In this document: one piece after another, positions 9,024 to 18,667 of the stretch
Layout of the letters: every line of letters begins with the position of its first letter
Numbering within the stretch: position 1 is the first letter of the stretch
Assembly (NCBI GenBank): GCA_031413595.1
Contig: JANOFJ010000150.1
Span: 1-62,652 of the forward strand
DNA: 62,652 bases
From: Novosphingobium sp.
Lineage (GTDB): Bacteria > Pseudomonadota > Alphaproteobacteria > Sphingomonadales > Sphingomonadaceae
Direction of reading: 5' to 3'
Made by a program: the position numbers and the translations under genes
Notes under the pieces: generated by a model
What the model saw: only the letters and a program-made list of their open reading frames with translations
What the model was told of the DNA's origin: nothing
The model's database searches: none

Positions 9024-11232
9024 GCGGGAAATCGGGATTGAACGGAAAATCCGGGCCGCGCTTCCTGCTGCGGTAAGCGCCGCGCTTCCTGCTGCGCTAA
9101 GCGCCGCGTTGCTGCTTGGAGCACCTCTTGCTCACGCCCAGAGCCTGGCCGGCGAGGATGAGCTCAAGAACTTGATACCCGATGCTGCGGTCATCAATCC
9201 GGATGAATGGGCCAAGGCAAAGCCGTCGTCCGAGCAATCGGCCGGCACGGACGCAGTGCCTAAACTTGATCCTTCCACGGCGCTGGTCGATTTGCCCGGA
9301 TTAATGCTTCCTTGGCCGGACGAGGATTTCCAGGTTCCCCAGCTCGCCCCGCTTGAGCCTGATCCCGATATCGGGCTTGCCTTGCAACAGCAGCTGCCGG
9401 CGGATGGAACGCCGCCGGAAAGCGACATCACCCAGTTATCGCCCCGGCTCGCACTTGTTTTTCCCGCCGATATCGCTGCCCTGCCCGAACGGGTCGAGGT
9501 GGAATCCCGGTTCCGCGCGCTCTCCACGCTGGAAAATCTGGCAAGGGGAGGGAACGACAATATCGCCCAGGTTGCCGTTCGCGCGCGCAGCGACAAGCTG
9601 CTGCTTGAGCGGTTGATGCGGATTTATGGCTATTATGATGCGCAGGTCATGCAGACCGTTGGCGGGATCGGGATTGGCCAGGAACGTGCAGCGGGCGAAA
9701 CGCCAGCCGGTGACGTCAAGGTCCGTTTCGATATCAGCCCTGGTCCGCGTTTCCGGTTTGGCACGATTGCGCTGGGCGAATTGCTGGCGACCGGCCCCGA
9801 TTATCCGCTGCTGCGTGACGCCTTCGGGATCAAGCCGGGCGATCCGCTCTACAGTGATGCCATCGTCGCTGAAGCGCGAGACCTCGACTTTGCGCTGGGC
9901 GAAAACGGCTATGCCTTTGCCAAGCAGGGCGAGCCGGAATTGCTGGTCGATCACGCGCGGGAAGAGGGCGATCTGACGATGCCGCTGACACCCGGCGGCA
10001 AATACCGGATCGGCGAGGTGATCAGCGACGATCCGCGGTTCCTGCCTGGTCGTCATCTTGAATCGATCGCCCGGTTTGACCGCGGCGACGTTTACAAGCG
10101 GAGCGAAGTGGATGATCTGCGCCGTGCCATCCTTGCGACCGGCCTTGTCTCCAGCGTCACGGTCAAGGCGCGCGAAACCGCACCGCCCACGGCCGGAGAG
10201 GCCGGGATGGTGGCGCTTGACGTCGCGATTGCCCGCGCCCCCCTGCGGACCATCGCTGCCGGGGCCGGTTATGATTCGGGCGACGGCCTAAGGGTCGAGG
10301 CCAGCTGGGAGCATCGCAATTTCTTCCCGCCCGAAGGAATGGTGCGGGTTCGGGCGGTAGCGGGAACCAAGGAGCAACTGGCGGGCGTCACTTTTCGCCG
10401 CAACAATTTTCGCGCCCGCGATCAGGTGCTGACTTTCGATCTCTATGCGAGCAACGTCAACCGCGATGCCTATGCTGCGCGGACCATCGCGCTGAGCGGA
10501 AATTTCGAAAAGCTCTCAACTTTGATTTTCCAGAAGCCGTTCACATGGGGCGCCGGATTCGAGGCACTGCTGTCTGACGAGCGCGAAGCCACCGTGGTGG
10601 GCGCGCCAACCGTGCGGCGGACTTACAAGATCGGTGCATTGCCGCTTCGTGCGGCGTTCGATGGCAGTGACAATCTGCTCGATCCCAAACGAGGGCTACG
10701 CGCGGCAATCCGCGTCTCGCCAGAAGTTTCGGTCCAGGCCGGGAAGTCTTCCACCTATGCCCGCCTCCAGGCCGATGCCAGCTATTACCTGCCAGTGGGG
10801 GACAGCATTGTGCTGGCGGCGCGGGCGCGGCTGGGCATGATACCCGGCACAGCGCTGGCCAATATCGCGCCCTCGCGGCGGTTCTATGCTGGCGGCGGCG
10901 GATCGGTGCGCGGTTTTGGCTATCAGCAGATCGGCCCGCGCGATGTGCTGGGTGAACCCAGCGGCGGGCGCTCGCTCAGCGAGTTCAGCCTTGAAGCGCG
11001 GATCCAGACCGGGCTGCTCGGCGGCGCGCTGGCAGTGGTGCCATTTATCGATGCCGGGGCCGTTGACGAGACTGTAACGCCGCGGCTCAAGGATATGCGG
11101 CTGGGTGCAGGGCTTGGGCTTCGTTATCAGACTGGCTTCGGCCCGATCCGGGTCGATATCGGCACCCCGCTTGATCGCCAGCCGGGTGAAAGCCGGATCG
11201 GTGTTTATGTTGCGCTGGGTCAGGCATTTTGA
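9016..11232 (+). CDS. tamA: autotransporter assembly complex Omp85-family barrel TamA
   Basis: signal peptide ending AHA, POTRA-like region, [22 protein letters not shown]-terminal GQAF; upstream of tamB. Start uncertain (TTG 9016 proposed). Confidence 0.88.
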   Translation: MIEREIGIERKIRAALPAAVSAALPAALSAALLLGAPLAHAQSLAGEDELKNLIPDAAVINPDEWAKAKPSSEQSAGTDAVPKLDPSTALVDLPGLMLPWPDEDFQVPQLAPLEPDPDIGLALQQQLPADGTPPESDITQLSPRLALVFPADIAALPERVEVESRFRALSTLENLARGGNDNIAQVAVRARSDKLLLERLMRIYGYYDAQVMQTVGGIGIGQERAAGETPAGDVKVRFDISPGPRFRFGTIALGELLATGPDYPLLRDAFGIKPGDPLYSDAIVAEARDLDFALGENGYAFAKQGEPELLVDHAREEGDLTMPLTPGGKYRIGEVISDDPRFLPGRHLESIARFDRGDVYKRSEVDDLRRAILATGLVSSVTVKARETAPPTAGEAGMVALDVAIARAPLRTIAAGAGYDSGDGLRVEASWEHRNFFPPEGMVRVRAVAGTKEQLAGVTFRRNNFRARDQVLTFDLYASNVNRDAYAARTIALSGNFEKLSTLIFQKPFTWGAGFEALLSDEREATVVGAPTVRRTYKIGALPLRAAFDGSDNLLDPKRGLRAAIRVSPEVSVQAGKSSTYARLQADASYYLPVGDSIVLAARARLGMIPGTALANIAPSRRFYAGGGGSVRGFGYQQIGPRDVLGEPSGGRSLSEFSLEARIQTGLLGGALAVVPFIDAGAVDETVTPRLKDMRLGAGLGLRYQTGFGPIRVDIGTPLDRQPGESRIGVYVALGQAF
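9019..9108 (+). repeat. nested tandem duplications (18 bp x2, then 24 bp x2.25) in the tamA 5' end
   Basis: ATTGAGCGGGAAATCGGG/ATTGAACGGAAAATCCGG then GCCGCGCTTCCTGCTGCG(G/C)TAAGC twice plus GCCGCG. Confidence 0.85.
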
Positions 11233-14200
11233 CGGAAGAGGAACCAGCCGTCCCCGAGCCCATCCGGATCCGTCGCGGTTGGCGAAAGCATGTCTTGGCG
11301 CTGCTCCTGTTGCTGCTCGCCATGGCCGGGGTGGGGCTGCTCGTCCTCGATAGCCCGATTGGATACCGGCTGATTGCCGACCGGATCACCGCTTATGCGC
11401 CGGCATCGGGTCTTCGGGTGAAAGTGGGGCGGATCGAGGGGTCACTTTATGGCCAAGCGGTGTTGCGCGACGTGACCCTGTCGGATCCCAAGGGACCGTT
11501 CCTGCGTGTGCCGGTGGTCGAGCTCGATTGGCGCCCGCTCAATTGGTATCGCACAGGCCTAGACGTGCGCAAGCTGGTGGCTCGGCGGGGGCTGTTGCTG
11601 CGATCTCCCGAACTCAATCCGGGCGATCCTGATGCGCCGATCCTTCCGAAGTTCGACCTTCGGATCGACCGGTTCGAGCTTGATCGGCTGACGATCGACA
11701 AGCGCATTGCAGGCGAACAGCGACGCGTCGATCTGGTCGCCCGGGTCGATATCCGTTCGGGCCGGGCTTTGATCCGCGCCGATGGCAGATTGGGCGGGAG
11801 CGACCGTCTGTTTGCGCTGCTGGATGCCGCACCGGATCGCGATAAATTCGACCTCAAGCTCGATTACACCGCGCCAAAGGGCGGCGTTCTGGCCGGACTG
11901 ACGAGGGCCAAGCAGGATGTGCGGGCCCGGATCGTCGGCGCTGGCAGCTGGCGCGACTGGAAAGGTGCGCTGCTGGTCGAACAGGGCGGCGGGCAACTGG
12001 CCGCGTTTCGCCTGACCAACCGGGCCGGGCGCTACGGCGTTCTTGGCCAGTTGCGCCCCAAGGATCTGATATCTGGCCTTGCTGCGCGGGCGATGGGTGA
12101 ACTTGTCTCGCTTGATGCGCAAGGCAGCTTGGACAACAGCATGATTGATGGCCGGTTCGTCCTTGCCGGGCAGCGCTTGAACGCCACTGGCACAGGCAAA
12201 ATCGATCTGGCGGGCAACCGCTTCGAGGATTTCCGCGTGACCGCGCGCAACTCGGATCCCGCGCTGCTGGGCGATGTCGGCGAGCTGCGAGACGGCTTGC
12301 TGATCGCGCGGCTGGACGGAAAATTCCGCGATTTGTCAGCCGAACATACTTTCACAGCCGCCCGGCTCGGCTTCGGTAAATTGCAGTTTAACCAGCTCGT
12401 CCAGCGCGGCACCGCGCGCTTTGATGGAACGCGCTGGACCCTGCCGCTTAACCTTGGGGTCAGCCGGGTCTTGACCGGCAACGCCGCCATCGATCCGCGC
12501 CTGGTGGGCGCGCGCGGTACTGGTATGCTGGCGCTGCAGGGAAGCAAACTCAGCTCGGATGATCTGACGCTTGCCGTCCCAGGCCTTGGCGCGCGGCTGA
12601 CGCTGCGCGGCGATCTCAAGGCCGGCGGATATGCACTGGCCGGACCTGTCGCAGTGCGCGGGTTTGCCTTGCGTGATCTGGGGACGGCGGATGCAACCGC
12701 GCAAATCCTCTTCCGGATCGGCCATTCCTCGCCATGGCTGCTCAAAGCGCAACTCGCCGGGCGGATGGTGCGGACCGACAATGCCACGCTGACCAGCTTG
12801 GCGGGGACCAACATTCGCTTTGCCGGGGCGCTGACCCTGGGCCAGCGCCAGCCGCTGCTGATCGAGCGCGGGACTCTGGGCGCCAGCAAACTCAATCTTG
12901 CGCTCAGCGGACGGCTGCTTCCCGATGGCCGGACGAGCATCGCCGGCAGCGGGCGTCATGCAGATTACGGACCGTTCCGGATCGATGCGAGCTTTGCCGC
13001 GGACGGCCCGCGTGCGGTGCTGGTTTTTGCCAGTCCGCTGCCCGCTGCAGGTCTCAAGGATGTGCGGGTGGCGCTTTCGCCGATCCCGCAGGGCTTCCGG
13101 ATCGAGACGGCGGGCGGTTCACGACTGGGACCGTTCACCGGAACGCTTGGCCTGTTCGCGCAGAGCAATGCGCCGACCCGGATCGAAGTTGAACGGCTTG
13201 ATGTCTGGAAAACCAGCGTCACCGGCTCGCTTCGGCTGGCCAAAGGCGGCGCCGATGGGACGTTGATGCTGGCGGGCGGCGGAATTGACGGCACGGTGCG
13301 GCTGCTCCCGCGGGGCGCTGGCCAGGGTTTCGATGTTGCACTCATCGCCAACAGGGCCAGCTTCGGCGGCGAGAATCCGCTGGGAATTGCCAAGGGCCGG
13401 ATCAATGCCAGCGGTCAGATCGCCAGCGGCAAAAGCACGATTACCGGCGATGCCTATGGTGAGGGGATCACCTTGGGCAAGCTGTTCATCGGGAGGCTGG
13501 CAGCCAACGCCAGCCTTGCTGACGGCCGCGGCAGGATTAACGCTTCGCTCGCGGGGCGGCGCGGCAGCCGGTTCAACTTGCAGCTTCAGGGCGATGTCGC
13601 GCCGGGGCGGGTGACTTTGCTCGGCGATGGCGATTTTGCCGGGCAGCGGATCGTCATGCCGCGCCGCGCGGTTCTGACCGCGCAAGGTGCCAGCGCAGGG
13701 GGCGGATGGCGGCTTTCCCCCACACAGCTTGATTTCGGCCGCGGGCGGGTGATTGCCTCGGGCCTGATCGGCGGCGGCGTCAGCGACGTCCAGCTTGCCC
13801 TGCACGAGATGCCGCTGTCGCTGCTCGACATTGCCAATGGCAATCTGGGACTGGGCGGCTCGGCCTCGGGGTTGGTCGATTATCGTTTTGCTCCGGGCAA
13901 ATTACCCACTGGCAAGGCGCAATTGCTGATCAAGTCGCTGAGCCGGTCGGGACTGGTGCTCTCGTCTCGCCCGGTCGATCTGGCGCTGGTTGCCGAGCTC
14001 GCACCGGCCACGCTCGAAACCCGTGCGGTAGTGCGCGAGGGCGGCGAAACGCGCGGGCGGATGCAGGGGCGGATCACCGGCCTGCCAGCGCGCGGAACGT
14101 TGACCGAGCGGCTCAGCGCAGGGAGCCTGTTTGCCCAGCTGCGCTATGCCGGGCCGGCCGATGCCCTGTGGCGGCTGGTGGCGCTGGAGGCGTTTGACCT

Positions 14201-15410
14201 GACCGGGCCGGTAAGCGTAGCGGCGGATGCTTCGGGCAGCCTTGCAAACCCGCAAATCCGCGGTTCGCTTTCCAGCGAGAACATGCGGCTGCAAAGCGCG
14301 CTGGTCGGGAGCGACATTGCCGGGATCAAGCTACGCGGACGCTTCGCTGGGTCGAAGCTCGATCTGACCACCATCTCCGGCCGGGTCGCCAATGGCGGAA
14401 CAGTCAGCGGCAGCGGCAGCGTGGACTTTACCAACCTTGGCACTCGCGCGCCGTCGATCGATTTGCGGATTTCAGCGCATAACGCCCAGATCCTTGCCCG
14501 CGACGATATGGCGGCGGCGATCACCGGGCCACTCCGGATCATCTCCGACGGGGTCGGCGGGACGATTGCCGGACGGGTGGTCATCCAGCAGGCCCGGTGG
14601 CAATTGGGCCGCGCGGCGGCGGTCGCGGCGCTGCCCGCGATCCGCACCCGCGAGATTAATATGGCTGCCGATATCGCCCCCCCGCGCAAACTTGCGACAC
14701 CGTGGCGCTTCCTGATCGATGCGGCAGGATCCGAACGGATTATGGTCCGCGGGCTGGGGATAGATAGTGAATGGAGCGCAAACATCCGTTTGCGTGGCAC
14801 CACCGCCAATCCGGCCGTGTTCGGGGAGGCAGATCTGGTCAAGGGCGGTTATGAGTTCGCGGGGCGGCGCTTCGAAATGAAGCGGGGCCGGATCCGCTTT
14901 GACGGTGGCAGTCCGCCCGACCCCCGGCTCGATATTGCCGCCGAAGCCGAGGTGACCGGCCTGACGGCCCGGGTCACCGTGACCGGGACTTCACTGCAGC
15001 CAGAAATTACCTTCTCGTCGATTCCCGCGCTTCCCGAAGAGGAATTGCTGGCCCGGCTGCTGTTCGGGGATTCGATTACCAAGATTTCGGCCGGTGAGGC
15101 GATCCAGCTGGGTGCGGCGCTAGGCGCATTGCGCAGCGGCGGCGGACTGGATCCGATCAACAAGCTGCGGGCGGCGATCGGGCTGGACCGGCTGCGGATC
15201 GTCGGCGCGGATGCTGCAATCGGGCGCGGCACGGGGGTTGCGGCAGGAAAATATTTGGGCCGCCGGGTCTATGCCGAGATTATCTCCGATGGGCGCGGAT
15301 ACAGCGCAACGCAAATCGAGTTCCGCGTCACCAGCTGGCTCTCGCTCCTGGCCAGCGTTTCGACGATTGGCCGCGAAAGCGCCAATATCCGCGTCAGCAA
15401 AGATTACTGA
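11229..15410 (+). CDS. tamB: translocation/assembly module TamB (DUF490)
   Basis: 1393 aa, N-terminal TM anchor, Gly-rich beta-type repeats, C-terminal S.PALPEEELLARLLFG and GKYLGRRVY; TTGA overlap with tamA. Confidence 0.92.
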   Translation: MTEEEPAVPEPIRIRRGWRKHVLALLLLLLAMAGVGLLVLDSPIGYRLIADRITAYAPASGLRVKVGRIEGSLYGQAVLRDVTLSDPKGPFLRVPVVELDWRPLNWYRTGLDVRKLVARRGLLLRSPELNPGDPDAPILPKFDLRIDRFELDRLTIDKRIAGEQRRVDLVARVDIRSGRALIRADGRLGGSDRLFALLDAAPDRDKFDLKLDYTAPKGGVLAGLTRAKQDVRARIVGAGSWRDWKGALLVEQGGGQLAAFRLTNRAGRYGVLGQLRPKDLISGLAARAMGELVSLDAQGSLDNSMIDGRFVLAGQRLNATGTGKIDLAGNRFEDFRVTARNSDPALLGDVGELRDGLLIARLDGKFRDLSAEHTFTAARLGFGKLQFNQLVQRGTARFDGTRWTLPLNLGVSRVLTGNAAIDPRLVGARGTGMLALQGSKLSSDDLTLAVPGLGARLTLRGDLKAGGYALAGPVAVRGFALRDLGTADATAQILFRIGHSSPWLLKAQLAGRMVRTDNATLTSLAGTNIRFAGALTLGQRQPLLIERGTLGASKLNLALSGRLLPDGRTSIAGSGRHADYGPFRIDASFAADGPRAVLVFASPLPAAGLKDVRVALSPIPQGFRIETAGGSRLGPFTGTLGLFAQSNAPTRIEVERLDVWKTSVTGSLRLAKGGADGTLMLAGGGIDGTVRLLPRGAGQGFDVALIANRASFGGENPLGIAKGRINASGQIASGKSTITGDAYGEGITLGKLFIGRLAANASLADGRGRINASLAGRRGSRFNLQLQGDVAPGRVTLLGDGDFAGQRIVMPRRAVLTAQGASAGGGWRLSPTQLDFGRGRVIASGLIGGGVSDVQLALHEMPLSLLDIANGNLGLGGSASGLVDYRFAPGKLPTGKAQLLIKSLSRSGLVLSSRPVDLALVAELAPATLETRAVVREGGETRGRMQGRITGLPARGTLTERLSAGSLFAQLRYAGPADALWRLVALEAFDLTGPVSVAADASGSLANPQIRGSLSSENMRLQSALVGSDIAGIKLRGRFAGSKLDLTTISGRVANGGTVSGSGSVDFTNLGTRAPSIDLRISAHNAQILARDDMAAAITGPLRIISDGVGGTIAGRVVIQQARWQLGRAAAVAALPAIRTREINMAADIAPPRKLATPWRFLIDAAGSERIMVRGLGIDSEWSANIRLRGTTANPAVFGEADLVKGGYEFAGRRFEMKRGRIRFDGGSPPDPRLDIAAEAEVTGLTARVTVTGTSLQPEITFSSIPALPEEELLARLLFGDSITKISAGEAIQLGAALGALRSGGGLDPINKLRAAIGLDRLRIVGADAAIGRGTGVAAGKYLGRRVYAEIISDGRGYSATQIEFRVTSWLSLLASVSTIGRESANIRVSKDY

Positions 15411-15418
15411 GCCTTAAG

Positions 15419-15525
15419 CCCCTTTCCTTCAGTGGAAGGGCTGGGGTGGGGCGTGTCCTCCTCGGGTGACGTCACCCAAAAAGGACAAGCCCCACCCCTC
15501 GATCCCCTCCCCTGAAGGGGAGGGG
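15419..15525. repeat. cruciform interspersed palindromic element (CIR/RIME-like)
   Basis: terminal hairpins CCCTTTCC..GGAAGGG and CCCCTCCCC-TGAA-GGGGAGGGG, central stem GGGGTGGGGC/GCCCCACCCC; between convergent genes. Confidence 0.8.
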
Positions 15526-15533
15526 AAGAAGCA

Positions 15534-16958
15534 TCAGGCCGGAAGGCCGCTGATCGATTTGACTTCCATGAAGTCCCTAAGCCCGAACAGGCCGCCTTCG
15601 CGGCCATTGCCCGATTGCTTGTAGCCGCCAAACGGAGAGCCGGGAGCCGGGCCCCAGGCGTTGATCGCCACCATACCGGCGCGCAGCTTGGGAGCAATCG
15701 CCGCCGCTTTGGCCGGGTCGCCGGAAATCACCGCCGAAAGGCCGTAATCGGTGTCATTGGCGATCGCGATACCCTGCTCAAGGCTGTCATAGGCCATGAT
15801 AGTCGCCACTGGCCCAAAGGTTTCCTCGCGAGCGATCCGCATGTCCGGGGTGACGCCCGAAAAAACCGTCGGCTTGATGTAATAGCCGCGGTTGAGATCT
15901 GCCGGACGATCGGTCCCGCCGGTTTCGAGCGTCGCACCCTCGTCGATTGCCGACTGGATCAGGTCCTGGATCTTGTCGAACTGGGTCTTGTTGACCACCG
16001 GGCCGATATGCATGCCTTCCTGCATCGGATCGCCTACCGTGGTCGCCTCGAACATCGCCTTGGCGAAGCTTGCCGCTTCAGCCTGACGCTCACGCGGGAC
16101 GAGGACGCGGGTCGGCGCGATGCAGCTTTGCCCGGTGTTGATCAGCACACCCTGCAAAGTGGCTGGCAGCACAGCAGCGAAATCGGCGTCGGGCAGAACC
16201 AGATTGGGCGATTTTCCGCCCAGTTCCTGATGGACGCGCTTGACGGTGGGCGCGGCCGCTTGCGCCACCGCGATCCCGGCGCGGGTCGATCCGGTGAAGC
16301 TGACCATATCGACATCGGGGTGCGCAGCGATCGCTGCACCGACGCTGGGGCCATCGCCCTGAACCAGGTTGAACACCCCGGGCGGCACGCCTGCGGCATC
16401 GAGGATTTCAGCAAAGATCGCCGCGTTGGTCGGGCATTCTTCCGTAGGCTTGAGCACCATGGTGTTACCCGCCGCAATCGAAGGCGCAACCTTGAGCGCG
16501 ATCTGGTTGAGCGGCCAGTTCCAGGGGGTGATCATACCGACTACGCCGATGGGCTCATAAGCGATGGTCACGGCACCCTGCTTTTCGGTAAAGTCGAAAT
16601 CCTTGAGTGCTGCGATGGTGCCAAGGAAGCCGCCGATCCCGGCACCAACCTGCGCCACAGTCGCAAAGCTGACCGGAGCGCCCATTTCATCGGCCATCGA
16701 AAGCGCGAGGTCGCCGGTGCGCTTTTTGTATTCCTCGACAATCCGCTCCATCAGCGCAATCCGCTCCTCGCGGGTGGTCTGGCTGAAGCTGGTAAAGGCG
16801 CGCTTGGCGGCCGCAACTGCGGCATCGACATCGGCCTTCGTCCCCAGCGTGATTGCGGTGCAGGGTTCTTCGGTGGAGGGGCTGATCACTTCGTGGCGCT
16901 TGCCGCCGATGCTATCCACCCATTTGCCGTCGATGTAATTCTGCAGCATCTCGCGCAT
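15534..16958 (-). CDS. aldehyde dehydrogenase family protein
   Basis: ITPWNWP, FTGS, ELGGKSP, GQSC, EETFGPV, PFGGYKQSG.GRE. Confidence 0.95.
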   Translation of the reverse strand: MREMLQNYIDGKWVDSIGGKRHEVISPSTEEPCTAITLGTKADVDAAVAAAKRAFTSFSQTTREERIALMERIVEEYKKRTGDLALSMADEMGAPVSFATVAQVGAGIGGFLGTIAALKDFDFTEKQGAVTIAYEPIGVVGMITPWNWPLNQIALKVAPSIAAGNTMVLKPTEECPTNAAIFAEILDAAGVPPGVFNLVQGDGPSVGAAIAAHPDVDMVSFTGSTRAGIAVAQAAAPTVKRVHQELGGKSPNLVLPDADFAAVLPATLQGVLINTGQSCIAPTRVLVPRERQAEAASFAKAMFEATTVGDPMQEGMHIGPVVNKTQFDKIQDLIQSAIDEGATLETGGTDRPADLNRGYYIKPTVFSGVTPDMRIAREETFGPVATIMAYDSLEQGIAIANDTDYGLSAVISGDPAKAAAIAPKLRAGMVAINAWGPAPGSPFGGYKQSGNGREGGLFGLRDFMEVKSISGLPA

Positions 16959-17036
16959 CGCGAATCTCCTTTAACTGACCGATTAATTGTCACCTATTTC
17001 GGGAGGGAGCGGCGGGATTGCAAGCGGCAATCGTCG

Positions 17037-17645
17037 TCAGGTGCTATCATTAAGGTGGGTATTACGGCGGCCATAAAGCTCCGCTTCGTCTGCGCGGCGT
17101 TTGACGAGTCCCCGCATAACGCGCCCACCTGCATTGATCCATTTGCCAAACTCGGCCTGCGCCCTGGCAAACAGTCCGGCGCGGTGGAGTTTGGAGAGGG
17201 TGGCCTTGGCGATGGCTCCTGTATTATAGTGGAATGAGACCAGCGCATCGAACTGGCCCGGCGTGGTTGGCGCAGCGCCGATCGCCGTGGCGACTTCACG
17301 AGAATATCGGGCCAAGTCGCGCTTCAATCGCGTATCGCACTGGTCTTTCGTCCAGATCACACCGGGCGCGACCTCTGCGCCGGTCGAGCCCCAGCCGATT
17401 GTCCATGGATCGCCGCCGCTACCGGGATCGGGGTAGGCTTCGTAGCGGCCATCGGCGCGTCTTCGCGCACAGCCCTCCCATCTCTGGATAAGAGCGATCC
17501 CATCCTGACTAATCTGGCGGGCCGGGGCTGGGTTGGTCGCATCAAGCGTTGCTTCGATCGCTGCATTGAGCGAGGCGATTTCATCCCCCTGAAAGCCGCG
17601 CCCCAGCATCTGGCGAACGGCATCGAAAATGGGTTTGCGGTTCAT
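17037..17645 (-). CDS. GH24 (phage-type) lysozyme with N-terminal extension, 202 aa
   Basis: IQRWEG..AYPD..WTIGWG, QFDALVSF.YN.G, GLVKRRADE; ATG 17645 behind a GAGG SD. Confidence 0.9.
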   Translation of the reverse strand: MNRKPIFDAVRQMLGRGFQGDEIASLNAAIEATLDATNPAPARQISQDGIALIQRWEGCARRRADGRYEAYPDPGSGGDPWTIGWGSTGAEVAPGVIWTKDQCDTRLKRDLARYSREVATAIGAAPTTPGQFDALVSFHYNTGAIAKATLSKLHRAGLFARAQAEFGKWINAGGRVMRGLVKRRADEAELYGRRNTHLNDST

Positions 17646-17747
17646 TGATTGCCTCGCTGGGTGGTGAGGCGTGGCAATTAGACAGGAAAGCGGCCTGTAG
17701 GAAAATGGATTCTGGCGCCTGGCATGACGCAAACTTCTCACCAGATG

Positions 17748-17798
17748 TGTAAAGATCTCTTGACAGAGAAGCTTGCTCCCTGTAAAGAGGTCTTTACA
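17748..17798 (+). promoter_or_regulatory. two 18-bp palindromic operators overlapping a sigma70 promoter
   Basis: TGTAAAG-atct-CTTGACA (17748-17765, contains TTGACA -35) and perfect TGTAAAG-aggt-CTTTACA (17781-17798) over the expected -10. Confidence 0.8.
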
Positions 17799-17813
17799 GA
17801 AGGAAGTTGGAAT

Positions 17814-18026
17814 TTGGAAAATCGATTGAAAGATTTCCGCGAAAGACTTGGTCTCAGCCAGGGCGAACTTGCCAAGCGGTTGGGGGTTTCGCGGCAAACG
17901 ATCAATGCGGTCGAAACCGACAAATACGATCCCAGCCTCCCACTGGCATTGCGCATGGCCAAGCTGTTCGGAGTTGCTGTGCCAGAGATTTTCATCGATT
18001 CTTGGGAACCGGAGCATTTGAAATGA
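17814..18026 (+). CDS. Cro/C1 (XRE) helix-turn-helix regulator, 70 aa
   Basis: NRLKDFRERLGLSQGELAKRLGVSRQTINAVETDKYDPSL; TTG start behind AAGGAAG. Confidence 0.9.
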   Translation: MENRLKDFRERLGLSQGELAKRLGVSRQTINAVETDKYDPSLPLALRMAKLFGVAVPEIFIDSWEPEHLK

Positions 18027-18664
18027 GCGGACAATTGCGGAAAAACTGGATCAAACTGCTGATAGGTGGACTGGTTGGCGGGCTCGCAGGCTATTTTTCG
18101 ATTGACCTTTACGTGGGGCTTGGCGGTGGGGCTGAACTGGCCCAACCTGATCCAATGCGACTGGCGCTTTCAGGCGTTGGTGTTGTTTATCTGCTCATAG
18201 GTCTGTTCGCTGGGCTTGGAACGCTGGTGCCTCGGGTGGGTGCGAAGCTGCTGAATGTGGCGAGCAGCGAAGATCTGGTCGATCAGCGGGCGATGTTGTT
18301 GGGCAGTTCGGTTTCGTGTGGCGTGATTGGTGCAGCGTTGATGGTGCTTGCTGCGTCGGGCGTTGGGGGGACTGTTCCCGATGGGGTGGCGCTGGCTTCG
18401 CTGGCCTTCGCTCTGGCGCTGAGTACGGGAATAACCGCGCTCCAATGGCGCCACTATGACGAGCTTATGCGCCAAGTTTCATGGGAGGGCTCGGCCTTCG
18501 GGCTGGCACTGCTTGTTCCTGCACTCATTAGCTGGGCGGCGCTCGCACACCTGGGCTGGACTTCTGCGCTTGATCCGTTGGGGGTGATTGCGCTGGTGGC
18601 TTCGTTGACGCTTTTTGGCACTTTCATCGCGACTGGCCGGCGCGGTATGCTGACCCAAGGGTAA
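18023..18664 (+). CDS. polytopic membrane protein, 213 aa, unknown function
   Basis: about 6 hydrophobic segments, DELMRQ loop; ATGA coupling to the HTH gene. Confidence 0.8.
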   Translation: MSGQLRKNWIKLLIGGLVGGLAGYFSIDLYVGLGGGAELAQPDPMRLALSGVGVVYLLIGLFAGLGTLVPRVGAKLLNVASSEDLVDQRAMLLGSSVSCGVIGAALMVLAASGVGGTVPDGVALASLAFALALSTGITALQWRHYDELMRQVSWEGSAFGLALLVPALISWAALAHLGWTSALDPLGVIALVASLTLFGTFIATGRRGMLTQG

Positions 18665-18667
18665 CCG

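Noticed and set aside
16971-16988. TTAA-N8-TTAA as a CtrA site upstream of the aldehyde dehydrogenase
   Set aside because: Spacing is 8 rather than 7; it may be a TetR-type operator but is too degenerate to call
15615-17237. 540-aa + strand ORF
   Set aside because: Antisense shadow of the aldehyde dehydrogenase; no motifs; long antisense frames are expected in high-GC genes
17646-18017. 124-aa N-terminal extension of the lysozyme ORF in the track
   Set aside because: It is the antisense of the HTH gene and its promoter; ATG 17645 has its own SD
17037-18664. Prophage remnant call
   Set aside because: Only a lysozyme and an XRE gene; no structural, integrase or att evidence, so they are reported as separate genes
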